In this document: one piece after another, positions 1 to 9,787 of the stretch | How positions within the stretch are numbered: the first letter of the stretch is position 1 | Layout: each line of letters begins with the position of its first letter | Source of the DNA: Gammaproteobacteria bacterium | Lineage (GTDB): Bacteria; Pseudomonadota; Gammaproteobacteria; Eutrophobiales; Eutrophobiaceae | Assembly (NCBI GenBank): GCA_021773245.1 | Contig: JAJFKK010000004.1 | Location: 1 to 63,330, forward strand | Direction: 5' to 3' | DNA: 63,330 bases | Notes under the pieces: generated by a model | The model's input: the letters and a program-made list of their open reading frames with translations, nothing else | Databases searched by the model: none | Told to the model about the DNA's origin: nothing | Made by a program: the position numbers and the translations under genes

Positions 1-1223
1 CCAAATCCTGCCCATGCGTAGGCAACTAAATCCAATACATTATTGTCTGCTTGCAAAGCAAGAGTTGTTGCGAAGAGGGTGAGTAAAATAACAGCCACTT
101 TACCTAACATCATTAACTGTTTATCGGTGGCTTTTATATTAATGATTTTATAAATGTCTTCAGTTATAGCTGAAGAGGCGACCAATAATTGTGAATCGGC
201 GGTGCTCATAATGGCAGCGAGGATCGCAGCTAAACAAATACCTGCGGGTATCGGGTGTAACAATAGCTGTAGTAATTCGATAAACACTTTTTCGCTATCG
301 CTGGCTTGTAATTCATTGCCTAATAATGCGATACCTGAAAAACCAATTAATAATGCGCTAATTAAACTTATGGCGGTCCAGATAAGAGCAATAAAACGCG
401 CTTTTGGAATCTTCTCTTCTGACTCTATTGCCATAAAACGAACCAGTATGTGGGGTTGTCCAAAGTAACCGAGTCCCCATGCTAATAGCGAAACAATACC
501 AATAAAGCCCAAAGGTTCATTTATTGCGCTGGTATAAGGATTAAGCAACTCAGTATTGATAATAGATATCCAGTCAAACAAGGCATCAAAACCATGAATG
601 CTGTAAATAGAAACAATGGCCACATAGCTTAAAGCCAGTGCCATTAATAAGCCTTGTATTAAATCAGTCCATGAGACAGCAAGAAAACCACCCAAACAGG
701 TATAGGTAAGTATTGTTAATGCGCCAATGATGACAGCCCATTGATAAGAAAGACCAAAAACCGATTCGAATAACTTGCCGCCAGCAACCAGTCCCGAACT
801 GGTATAAAACAAATAAAATAAAAGAATAAAAATTGCCGAAATAATTCGTAATAAATGAGATGAGTCATTAAAACGAAATTCAAAATACTCAGGAATGGTT
901 AGCGCATTGTTTAATGATTGAGTCTGAACACGTAAACGAGGAGCAACAAAATGCCAGTTAGTACTGGTGCCAATGTACAAACCAACAGCAATCCAGATTG
1001 CTTCAAAGCCGGCAACGTAAGCATAGCCGGGTAAACCTAATAATAACCAAGCACTCATGTCCGATGCGCCGGCACTAATTGCAGTAGTCCAGCTGCCAAG
1101 CTTTCTGCCGCCGAGTATATAGTCTGATTGATTATGTGTGCGACGCAAGGCAAGCCAACCGATTGCAAAAACCATCAGCAGATAAGCGCTAAAGGTAATA
1201 AAGGTGATGTTTTGATCCGTCAT
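1..1223 (-). CDS. putP: Sodium/proline symporter (3' end runs off the window)
   Basis: Not in the ORF track. Manual translation from ATG 1223 gives MTDQNITFITFSAYLLMVFAIG...DYILGGRKLGSWTTAISAGASDMSAWLLLGLPG, and later LAWGLGYFGQPHIL (SSF/PutP motifs). Confidence 0.9.
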   Translation of the reverse strand, partial: MTDQNITFITFSAYLLMVFAIGWLALRRTHNQSDYILGGRKLGSWTTAISAGASDMSAWLLLGLPGYAYVAGFEAIWIAVGLYIGTSTNWHFVAPRLRVQTQSLNNALTIPEYFEFRFNDSSHLLRIISAIFILLFYLFYTSSGLVAGGKLFESVFGLSYQWAVIIGALTILTYTCLGGFLAVSWTDLIQGLLMALALSYVAIVSIYSIHGFDALFDWISIINTELLNPYTSAINEPLGFIGIVSLLAWGLGYFGQPHILVRFMAIESEEKIPKARFIALIWTAISLISALLIGFSGIALLGNELQASDSEKVFIELLQLLLHPIPAGICLAAILAAIMSTADSQLLVASSAITEDIYKIINIKATDKQLMMLGKVAVILLTLFATTLALQADNNVLDLVAYAWAGF

Positions 1224-1235
1224 CAGTGTTTTAGA

Positions 1236-2234
1236 CTAAATCGTTTCATGACAGGGGAAGAACTTTTCAGCCGGGATATGTTGCGTAATAATGTTTTCGC
1301 AAAAATCCAACATCTCATGACGAATTTCTGCCGGATAGCCAATGTTATTTTTTTCTTCAGCCTGAGGAGACGCAAATAACTTTTCATCAGGATAAAGTTT
1401 TTCCAGTTTTCGAAAGTAATCTTTAGGCAATCTAAATCCACCTAAACTAATCGAATGTGTTAACTCAGGGTTAATCTTTGAAAAAATTTCGTTAAATAAT
1501 TCGCTGTATTCTTTAGCATAATCTTTTGTGTAGATGAGCGGGTCAAAACGCAAACCAATTTGCCAACCGGCTTCTTGTAGATCTAATAGGGCTTGTAATC
1601 GTTTGTTTATATCAGGTACTTTATGTTCAAGTGTTCTGGCAATTTTATCTGGCGTAAAACTAAATGCGATAACACAATTCTTAATTGGCTCTCGTTTTAA
1701 CAAACTGCGTATCTGCGTACTCTTGGTTCTTAACTCAAGTAATGCTCGCGGATTGCTTTCAAGGAAAGGTAAAAATTCACTGGTAAAGTCCGTGACAGGA
1801 TCAAGTGCAAGACTGTCACAATCATAGCCAGAGAAAAAATGAACAGCTTCTTCATCATGCTGATTTAATAACAATTGCATCTCTTCGATAAAGTCTTCGT
1901 AATTTACAAATAAAACATAATGTGCAGATTGAAACTTGCCTTGTAAAAAACAATAACGACAGTCATACAGGCAATTTAGCATGTGTGAAAAATAATAATT
2001 AAGTTCTGCGCCAATGGCGTATTCTTTAGGTGAAGGCAATACCAAACCTTTATGTTTTCTTGCCAGAATTAACGCCGCTTGTTTTTTTTGTAATCGGAAG
2101 TTCTGCGACTTGCTATTAAATACTTCACCATAACGTTGACAAGATATTTTCGTTGCATCGGGAAAACGTTTAAGGATAGCCAGAGTTCGTGGGTGATTAG
2201 CGATCTCTTCTTCTATGTATATCGTGCTAATCAT
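1236..2234 (-). CDS. Spore photoproduct lyase-like radical SAM protein
   Basis: CLYDCRYC radical SAM motif; ELRTKS and GLRFDP segments typical of the SPL family; ATG 2234 overlaps the upstream stop. Confidence 0.8.
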   Translation of the reverse strand: MISTIYIEEEIANHPRTLAILKRFPDATKISCQRYGEVFNSKSQNFRLQKKQAALILARKHKGLVLPSPKEYAIGAELNYYFSHMLNCLYDCRYCFLQGKFQSAHYVLFVNYEDFIEEMQLLLNQHDEEAVHFFSGYDCDSLALDPVTDFTSEFLPFLESNPRALLELRTKSTQIRSLLKREPIKNCVIAFSFTPDKIARTLEHKVPDINKRLQALLDLQEAGWQIGLRFDPLIYTKDYAKEYSELFNEIFSKINPELTHSISLGGFRLPKDYFRKLEKLYPDEKLFASPQAEEKNNIGYPAEIRHEMLDFCENIITQHIPAEKFFPCHETI

Positions 2235-3045
2235 GAATTGCAAACTCTGAATTATTTATCGTATCTCGTAATGTTTTTAATACAGCTTTGCCCGATTTAT
2301 TATCAGCAATTAATTGCATGACATCTTCGTCAGGCAAACGTAATGACCATTGACGCAATAAACGTGATAACTGAAGACTTTCAGATTGTGTGAAATGCAA
2401 TTTTTCTATTAAGTGTTGATAATGCTCTGGTTCGGCAGTAATAGAATAAATTTCTGTCGACAAGGGTTTAAGCCTATCAATTAGTTTCTCTATTATTTGA
2501 ACTTGTGCGGAAATCATTTTTTTTACTTTATCGGCATTAACTGTAGCCGTGTCTTGTTCAGTGTTGTCTGAAATAATTTTTAAGCAATGAATTAATTCAG
2601 CCGAGCCTAAGCGTATGGCTATCTGATAAAAAGCAGAGGATTCCATATCATATAGTGAGTCTTGATAATCCGTTGACGGTTTATCTAATGTAATTAAATG
2701 AGTGCTTTTACAAGGAGAGTTAAAAATAATCTGCGGATACCAGGTAGTATTGTCATGATTATCAGTAATTTTATTAACCAGACGCACTTCACCTAGCGGG
2801 ATATTCGCATGCCCGGCAACGCCAATGTTTAACCAGATGTCACTAGCAGCAGTATTCAAACATGCATGTTGGTAACTCACTGCTGCGGCCATATTTAGTT
2901 TGCCGATGCCTGTAATGGTTAAACTTATTTCTTTGTCTTTCGATTGATAGATGCGAAACAAATCAAACTCTTTTAAATCTGGCAGCTTAAAATGTTGAAT
3001 GAGTGGTTGAGCTTCACAAGGAAGAGCGCAGAAGATATGAATCAT
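2227..3045 (-). CDS. MTA/SAH nucleosidase / nucleoside phosphorylase-fold protein
   Basis: ALPCEA, TGIGK, NIGVAG, DMES and KIISD motifs of the PNP_UDP_1 fold. Confidence 0.7.
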   Translation of the reverse strand: MIHIFCALPCEAQPLIQHFKLPDLKEFDLFRIYQSKDKEISLTITGIGKLNMAAAVSYQHACLNTAASDIWLNIGVAGHANIPLGEVRLVNKITDNHDNTTWYPQIIFNSPCKSTHLITLDKPSTDYQDSLYDMESSAFYQIAIRLGSAELIHCLKIISDNTEQDTATVNADKVKKMISAQVQIIEKLIDRLKPLSTEIYSITAEPEHYQHLIEKLHFTQSESLQLSRLLRQWSLRLPDEDVMQLIADNKSGKAVLKTLRDTINNSEFAIHD

Positions 3046-3051
3046 GATGTT

Positions 3052-3894
3052 TTAATAATGTTCAGCAGTTTGATTTGAATAATGCGCTAGTAATGTTTCG
3101 AATTTGTCACTGTATTCATTCTTGCCGTGTTTTTCTGCGCCTTTCAAAAAGAGTGTAAGCTTGTGAAGCAACATGTCTTTTGCTGCTTTTAAATCTTCTT
3201 TATTTAAATGTTTTGATTTGATTATTTTTTCCAATGCAATAATACGAAAACGATCCATGCCCCAGTGTTGTCGAGATAACTGATCGTCATGACCACCATA
3301 TTTATTCGTTAAGGCTTCATCAATAAATAATACCGGATACTGGCAACAAATCCGTAGCCACATATCGTAATCTTCACATGCAGCCAGGGTTTCATCAAAT
3401 AAACCGATTTCATTAAATAATGTTTTCTTAATCATCACAGAAGAGGGAGAAATAACGCATAGTGGCAAGCAGTGCTGGAAAATATGACCACCCATTTTTT
3501 TATGTTTTTTACCCTGATTTAATATTTTTCCATTTCTAAACCACGTTTCATTAGTATGACAGATTAAATAATCTGGATTTTCAGTCAGTGCGATAACTTG
3601 GTTTTCCAGTTTATTGGCTTGCCAACTATCGTCAGAATCTAACAGGCAAAGCCAATTTGATGTCGAATTCTTAATACCTTCGTTACGCGCAGCACTAACA
3701 CCTTTATTCTCTTGCCTTAAATATTTAACTTGAGGATATTCACGTTCAACTAATTTTTCTGTTTCATCAGTAGAGCCATCATCGACAACAATAATCTCAT
3801 TAACAGGATAAGTTTGAGCGAGAACAGCATCGACTGCCCGTTTTAGAAGCGAAGCTCGATTATAAGTTGGAATAATCACTGAGATTTTATACAT
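3052..3894 (-). CDS. Family 2 glycosyltransferase
   Basis: SVIIPTYNR, VDDGSTD, ARNEG, LDSDD and EDYD motifs. Confidence 0.9.
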   Translation of the reverse strand: MYKISVIIPTYNRASLLKRAVDAVLAQTYPVNEIIVVDDGSTDETEKLVEREYPQVKYLRQENKGVSAARNEGIKNSTSNWLCLLDSDDSWQANKLENQVIALTENPDYLICHTNETWFRNGKILNQGKKHKKMGGHIFQHCLPLCVISPSSVMIKKTLFNEIGLFDETLAACEDYDMWLRICCQYPVLFIDEALTNKYGGHDDQLSRQHWGMDRFRIIALEKIIKSKHLNKEDLKAAKDMLLHKLTLFLKGAEKHGKNEYSDKFETLLAHYSNQTAEHY

Positions 3895-3974
3895 AGCTAA
3901 TTCTTGAGTTTACAGTGGGTAGGTTTAGAATAGCGCGCTCACCATAAACGACTTAAATTATAATTGAAACCTTG

Positions 3975-4730
3975 ATGAATCGCCTAAAAGATAAAATTGC
4001 TGTGATTACCGGCGCTAGCAGTGGTATTGGCCGCGGGATTGCCGAAGCTTTCACTAAAGAAGGCGCGGATATAGTCGTCAATTACAACAAATCTAAAGAC
4101 AGTGCAGAATCTCTTGTCGAAGAGATTAAGGTGTCCGGCAGACGAGCGATTGCAGTACAGGCAAACATGGCAGATGAAGATGATATTGATCGTTTAATCG
4201 CAAAAGCCATAGAAGAGTTTGGACGAATAGATATATGGGTCAATAATGCAGGCGCAGATATTCTTACCGGCACAGGCGCTGCTGCCGAAATACATGAAAA
4301 ACTTGAACATCTCATCGAAGTTGATTTAAAAGGGACGATTAAAGCCTGTTGGTCAGTAACACCGACTATGCAAGAGCAGGGGCACGGTGTGATAGTGAAT
4401 ATGGGTTGGGATTTATCTACACATGGCTTTGAAGGTACTAACCCGCAAATTTTTGCTGCAACAAAAGCGGGTGTTTTAGGCTTCACGCGTTCATTTGCGA
4501 AAACAGTGGGTCCGGAAATCCGAGTCAATATGGTTTCTCCTGGTTGGATATCAACATCGTTTGCTGAAGAGCATATGGATGACGCATATTATCAGGCACG
4601 AATAAAAGAAATTCCTCTAGCCCGGTTTGGTAGGCCAGAAGATGTTGCTGCCGCGGCTGTTTTCCTCGCTTCGGACGATGCTTCATATCTAACCGGCGAA
4701 GCAATAAAGATTAATGGTGGCTTGGTCTAA
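3975..4730 (+). CDS. SDR family oxidoreductase (atypical, FxxxK)
   Basis: TGASSGIG, NNAG, VNMVSPGWI and RFGRPEDVA motifs. Confidence 0.88.
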   Translation: MNRLKDKIAVITGASSGIGRGIAEAFTKEGADIVVNYNKSKDSAESLVEEIKVSGRRAIAVQANMADEDDIDRLIAKAIEEFGRIDIWVNNAGADILTGTGAAAEIHEKLEHLIEVDLKGTIKACWSVTPTMQEQGHGVIVNMGWDLSTHGFEGTNPQIFAATKAGVLGFTRSFAKTVGPEIRVNMVSPGWISTSFAEEHMDDAYYQARIKEIPLARFGRPEDVAAAAVFLASDDASYLTGEAIKINGGLV

Positions 4731-5113
4731 TGTCTGAAGAAGATAAAAAGAAAGGGCTAAAAGTTCGCACTGAGGTGATGGGCGAGGCGTTTGTTCAACG
4801 TGCAATCAACAACAGCACTGAATTAACTGAGCCATTACAAGATTGGATTAATGAACATGCGTGGGGCTCGACATGGCAACGCGAAGGTATTTCGAAGCAA
4901 ACGCGATCATTAATCACCATTGCCATGTTAGCAGCATTGAAATCGCCAACTGAATTGAAAGGTCATGTGCGTGGTGCGCTGAATAACGGATGTAGCGTCG
5001 AGGAAATACAAGAGGTGTTATTACATTCGATTGCTTATTGTGGTGCGCCAGCAGCACAAGAAGCCTTTCGCGCGGCACAAGAAGTTATTGATGAGTGGCA
5101 AAAAAAGACTTAA
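4730..5113 (+). CDS. Carboxymuconolactone decarboxylase family protein
   Basis: AWGSTWQR, RSLITIAMLAAL, ELKGHVRGALNNG and YCGAP motifs. Confidence 0.85.
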   Translation: MSEEDKKKGLKVRTEVMGEAFVQRAINNSTELTEPLQDWINEHAWGSTWQREGISKQTRSLITIAMLAALKSPTELKGHVRGALNNGCSVEEIQEVLLHSIAYCGAPAAQEAFRAAQEVIDEWQKKT

Positions 5114-5129
5114 TTCAGATAATTAAGTT

Positions 5130-7538
5130 TTAAGAATCTTTGTTATTTTTGATATGATTCGAGCTAACAAGCAAGTCATTTAAGGGGAGTGGTTTCCCAA
5201 TACCATAGCCCTGCGCATAATTAACTCCAATCTCTCTAAGCATGCCTTTGATCTCATCATTCTCGACAAATTCAGCAATGGTTTTCATACCCATTACTTG
5301 GCCAATCTCATTAATCGATTTGACCATGGCATGGTCGATTGGATCATCAGCAATATCTTTGACAAACATGCCATCGATCTTCAGGAAATCGACAGGGAGG
5401 TTTTTTAAATAAGCAAACGATGATAAACCGCTACCAAAATCATCCAACGCAAACCGACAGCCTAATTCCTTTAACGTCGAAATGAATTTCATCGCCATGC
5501 TCAAATTGGATATGGCTGCCGTCTCGGTAATTTCAAAGCATATTTTATGTCCATCAATACTGGATTTATCCAATTGTACGACGATGAAGTCCAATACGTC
5601 CGGGTTGGTCAATGATGCACCGGAGAGGTTAATAGAGCAGAAATTAATGTCTTCTAGAAAAGTAGGATTATTTGCTAATAAGTCAAAGGCATGTTCAATG
5701 ACCCAGTAATCTACTTTTGAAATCAGGTTATAGCGTTCTGCGGCAGGTAGAAATGCTCCCGGTGGAATAATCTCGCCGCTATCATCAAGCATTCGTATGA
5801 GGAGCTCATAGTGTATATTTTTGTTAGCAGTGTCCAAAGGCTCAATGATCTGTGCATAAAGACAGAACCGATCTTCTTCAAGAGCGTGATTCAGACGAGC
5901 CACCCATTGCATCTCACCATGACGCTGGGCTATATCGATATCATCAGCGTGAGAAACATGAATGCGGTTACGGCCTTGATCTTTGGCCATATAGCAGGCG
6001 GCATCGGCATCTTTTAATAACTCGGTTAAATTAGGGGTCATCTCAGTAATCGCTACCAAACCAATACTGACGCCGACTTTGAACGTTTGCCCTTCCCATG
6101 CAAATTGATAATCCTGAATAGTTTTTTGTAACGATATGGCTACCCGATGCGCATCATCCAGTGAACAATGCTCCATTAATACACCGAATTCATCTCCGCC
6201 AAGCCGAGCCAAAGTGTCGCGAACTCTTACAACATTTTTAAGTTCTGTTGTCAGTTGACGCAACATTTCATCACCGGCCATATGGCCACAGGTATCATTG
6301 ACAACTTTGAATTGATCCAGATCCATAAAACAAAGTGCATGACTACTTTGAGTTGATCCGATGGTTAATAGTAAGCGTTCAGCACGACGCTCAAATTCAC
6401 GTCTATTTATCAGATCGGTTAAATCATCATGAGACGCCTGATATGTTAATTTTTCTCCTGCTTTTTTAAGTTCGCTGATGTCGTGTACGGTTGACCAGAT
6501 GCATTCATTATTATCTTCATCTTTGATTAGAGAACCGTTTAATAGAACGGGTACTGTAGAGCCATTTTTATGAATGTATTCCTTTTCATAAGGTCCATAT
6601 TGGCCTGTCTCAAGAATAGATTGAAGTTGTTCTTTTTCTTGTGCTTCATATCTAGGTGGTGTGATTTCCCAATATGTCAGCTTTAATGCTTCATCCTTGC
6701 TATAACCAATAATATCGAGATAGCCTTGATTGACCTCAATTAAACTGCCATCCATATTACACAATGCCATTCCTACTTGTGATGTTTCAAACATGGCACG
6801 GTATTTCTCTTCCGATGATTGCAATTTTTTTTCTATATTTTTGCGGTCGGTGATATCAATTGCCGAACCCAGAAATTGGCTAATGTTACCGTGCTTGTCA
6901 TAGAGTGGGCTCAAAACCAGGTCAATAGTAATGAATTCATTTTCTCCAGCCCGAACCCGTTCATCATAACGCACCACCTCTCCTTTTTTGGCGGTATGTA
7001 ATGCCTTCTGTAAGCGATTTTGTACATCACTTGAATAAGAGCACCAATAAGTATCGATAAAGAATTTACCGATAACATCTTCACGTTTTAACGAAGCTCT
7101 TTCGATCGCGGCTTTATTTGCATCAATGAGTATTCCTTCAATTGAAATTAAGCCAACAAAGCTAAACATGCTATCGAAGATCTTCCTTACCATTGCCTCA
7201 CTTTCACTTAAGTCTTTTCTTGACTTGAGAATTAATATTCCCGTCAAGGTTGAAAGCCAAATGAGGAAAATGGAGAGACTACGATTTAAATAAACTTTCC
7301 ATTCTTCGCTACCACTTGGAGAGGCAATGAATCCAATTAGAACAAAAATTGTGCAGATGATGGCTGCGAGCAATAAATATTTCTTCTGATTTGAGAATAA
7401 TGAGATAAATATAACGGCAACATAGGACACACCAAACGCGACACCAAGTGGGATCTGCAAATCTATAAAGAGAAGTGTTACAGCTAGAACTATAGAAATG
7501 AAAAAATAATCAGCAGATTTTATATTTAATTTTGCCAT
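5130..7538 (-). CDS. Membrane-anchored PAS-PAS-GGDEF-EAL diguanylate cyclase/phosphodiesterase
   Basis: N-terminal TM helices, two PAS/PAC domains, RLGGDEF, ELLIR, EITET, LDDFGSG and DFLKIDG. Confidence 0.92.
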   Translation of the reverse strand: MAKLNIKSADYFFISIVLAVTLLFIDLQIPLGVAFGVSYVAVIFISLFSNQKKYLLLAAIICTIFVLIGFIASPSGSEEWKVYLNRSLSIFLIWLSTLTGILILKSRKDLSESEAMVRKIFDSMFSFVGLISIEGILIDANKAAIERASLKREDVIGKFFIDTYWCSYSSDVQNRLQKALHTAKKGEVVRYDERVRAGENEFITIDLVLSPLYDKHGNISQFLGSAIDITDRKNIEKKLQSSEEKYRAMFETSQVGMALCNMDGSLIEVNQGYLDIIGYSKDEALKLTYWEITPPRYEAQEKEQLQSILETGQYGPYEKEYIHKNGSTVPVLLNGSLIKDEDNNECIWSTVHDISELKKAGEKLTYQASHDDLTDLINRREFERRAERLLLTIGSTQSSHALCFMDLDQFKVVNDTCGHMAGDEMLRQLTTELKNVVRVRDTLARLGGDEFGVLMEHCSLDDAHRVAISLQKTIQDYQFAWEGQTFKVGVSIGLVAITEMTPNLTELLKDADAACYMAKDQGRNRIHVSHADDIDIAQRHGEMQWVARLNHALEEDRFCLYAQIIEPLDTANKNIHYELLIRMLDDSGEIIPPGAFLPAAERYNLISKVDYWVIEHAFDLLANNPTFLEDINFCSINLSGASLTNPDVLDFIVVQLDKSSIDGHKICFEITETAAISNLSMAMKFISTLKELGCRFALDDFGSGLSSFAYLKNLPVDFLKIDGMFVKDIADDPIDHAMVKSINEIGQVMGMKTIAEFVENDEIKGMLREIGVNYAQGYGIGKPLPLNDLLVSSNHIKNNKDS

Positions 7539-7575
7539 TTATTTATTATCGACTTCGATCAAAATGACTGCAGAA

Positions 7576-8091
7576 TTAATAGTGTATCAAAGAATGAATA
7601 TTATATTTTGCCAGTTTATCTCTACCCTTAAGAAAGTCGAGTTCGACGACAAAAGCACAAGCGACTACTTCTGCACCTAATTTTTCAACTAACTCACAGC
7701 TAGCCGCAGCTGTTCCGCCGGTTGCTAACAAATCATCTACTAATAAAACTTTATCGCCTTTTTCCAATGCATCGATATGTACTTCTAGAGAAGCAGAGCC
7801 ATATTCGAGATCATAAGACATGGATTCAACGTCATAGGGAAGCTTTCCAGGTTTACGTAAAGGGATGAAGCCAATGCCAAGTTCCCATGCAGCGAGAGAG
7901 CCAAAGATAAAACCGCGAGCTTCCATTCCTGCAACCGCTGTAATGTCCTTTCCTAAAAAAGGATGAATTAATTGATGTACCGCCAATTTTAGCATCGCTG
8001 GGTCTTTCACCAACGGGGTAATGTCCTTAAATTGAATACCTGGCTCAGGAAAGTCAGGTATATTTCGGATATGTGCTTCTAAGCGTTCCAT
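7576..8091 (-). CDS. apt: Adenine phosphoribosyltransferase
   Basis: PDFPEPGIQFKDIT, EARGF, RKPGKLP and VDDLLATGGT. Confidence 0.96.
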   Translation of the reverse strand: MERLEAHIRNIPDFPEPGIQFKDITPLVKDPAMLKLAVHQLIHPFLGKDITAVAGMEARGFIFGSLAAWELGIGFIPLRKPGKLPYDVESMSYDLEYGSASLEVHIDALEKGDKVLLVDDLLATGGTAAASCELVEKLGAEVVACAFVVELDFLKGRDKLAKYNIHSLIHY

Positions 8092-8158
8092 CTTGTATCT
8101 CCAATTGCGTTATAATTTTCGCACTATAATAACGAGTAATCAAAAAGAGGGGGAGACT

Positions 8159-8572
8159 ATGTGTGCATTACTTAAGCAATATGGCCCATTAGTCGGCCGA
8201 ATTCTGCTATCAGCTATCTTTATACTGGCTGGCTTTCATAAGATTACCGGCTTTGAAAATACAGCAGGCTATATGGCGAGCAAAGGTCTACCTATGACTG
8301 AAGTACTATTGGTATTAACCATCATTATAGAATTGGCTGGCGGCATCATGTTACTAGTAGGTTGGCAGGCACGCTGGGCCGCAACAGCTATTTTTCTATT
8401 TTTAATACCGGTGACATTGGTCTTTCATCCATTCTGGTCATTCGAAGCACAGGAAGCTATGACGCAATATCATGCATTCATGAAAAACCTGGCGATCATG
8501 GGTGGCATGTTGTTCGTCATGATTCATGGATCGGGTCCTTTAAGTCTCGGCAAAGATCATTGTGAAAAATAA
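8159..8572 (+). CDS. DoxX family membrane protein
   Basis: GRILL..IFILAG..KI and FMKNLAIMGG motifs; SD GGGGGAG before ATG 8159. Confidence 0.85.
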   Translation: MCALLKQYGPLVGRILLSAIFILAGFHKITGFENTAGYMASKGLPMTEVLLVLTIIIELAGGIMLLVGWQARWAATAIFLFLIPVTLVFHPFWSFEAQEAMTQYHAFMKNLAIMGGMLFVMIHGSGPLSLGKDHCEK

Positions 8573-8577
8573 ATCGA

Positions 8578-9246
8578 ATGCAATCTTTTGAAGTTATTTA
8601 TAAAAAAGCGATAGATCGTTGTGATGGAGAAGAGGCAGTCGAAAATGCATTGCCGCATCCACGCACGATAAAACAGCTTAAAAAACTCACCGATGAGTTT
8701 TGTTTATCCAATATGACGTGCCGTATATTTCAAGCGGGTTTGAATCGAAAGATTATCGATAATAAGTGGCCGGCCTTTGAAGAAGTATTTCATCAATTCA
8801 ATATTGATGTCGTTCGAATGATGAGCAACGAAGCTTTAGAAGCATTGATGCATGAAAAACGGATTGTACGTCACTGGGGTAAAATTCAAAGCGTACGCCA
8901 TAATGCGCAAGCGATTTATGAGTTTAATGAAGAACAGGGTGGATTTGTAAATACACTGGCAGAATGGCCTTCAAGTAATATTGTTTCTCTATGGGATGTG
9001 CTAAAAAAACAATTTAAACAATTGGGTGGTGCTTCGGGGCCTTATTTCTTACGTCGAGTTAAAAAAGATTCTTTTTTATTAACAGCAGATGTTGTCAGAG
9101 CCTTGATGAATTGGGGTGCAATTGATGAAGTTCCTAAAAATAAGAAACAAAAACAATATGTTCAAGATTGTATGAATGAATGGCATGCGGAAAGTGGACG
9201 ATCGTATAGCCAAATGAGTATGATTCTAGCGTTGTCGATTGATTAA
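8578..9246 (+). CDS. DNA-3-methyladenine glycosylase I family protein
   Basis: IFQAGL, KWPAFEEVF, IVRHWGKI..V..NA and LKKQFKQLGG. Confidence 0.75.
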   Translation: MQSFEVIYKKAIDRCDGEEAVENALPHPRTIKQLKKLTDEFCLSNMTCRIFQAGLNRKIIDNKWPAFEEVFHQFNIDVVRMMSNEALEALMHEKRIVRHWGKIQSVRHNAQAIYEFNEEQGGFVNTLAEWPSSNIVSLWDVLKKQFKQLGGASGPYFLRRVKKDSFLLTADVVRALMNWGAIDEVPKNKKQKQYVQDCMNEWHAESGRSYSQMSMILALSID

Positions 9247-9252
9247 TTGATT

Positions 9253-9747
9253 ATGGGACGTTGGCGACCACCTGCACCTAAATCTGCGCCGTATATTACG
9301 CCGACAGGTTATTTGAAGCTTGAGAAAGAAACAGCCGCGCTCTGGTCTAAACGAAATGAAGTAGCAAAAGCTGTAACAGTTGCTGCCGCAGAAGGTGATC
9401 GTTCAGAGAATGCTGAATATATTTATCGTAAAAAACAATTGCGTGAAATTGATGGTCGCCTTGGTTATTTACAACGACGTATGCCGAAATTAACCGTGGT
9501 AAGAGATGTTCAGGATAAAGAACGAATATTTTTTGGTGCATGGGTGAATGTGGAAGACGTCAATGGTAAAGAGTCACGCTATCGTATCGTTGGCGCCGAT
9601 GAGTTTGATGAGGATGAACATTACATTACTGTTGATTCACCATTGGCTAAACTGTTATTGGGTAAAAAGTGTGATGATGAAGTCGTGCTTGAGACAAATG
9701 GAACGAAACAAGAACTTTATGTGACAAACATTGAATATGAAAACTAA
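9253..9747 (+). CDS. greB: Transcription elongation factor GreB
   Basis: AAAEGDRSENAEYIYRKKQLREID and DSPLAK. Confidence 0.92.
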   Translation: MGRWRPPAPKSAPYITPTGYLKLEKETAALWSKRNEVAKAVTVAAAEGDRSENAEYIYRKKQLREIDGRLGYLQRRMPKLTVVRDVQDKERIFFGAWVNVEDVNGKESRYRIVGADEFDEDEHYITVDSPLAKLLLGKKCDDEVVLETNGTKQELYVTNIEYEN

Positions 9748-9787
9748 ATAAACTATGAAAATGATTGTTCGGACCTTCTGTTAATAT

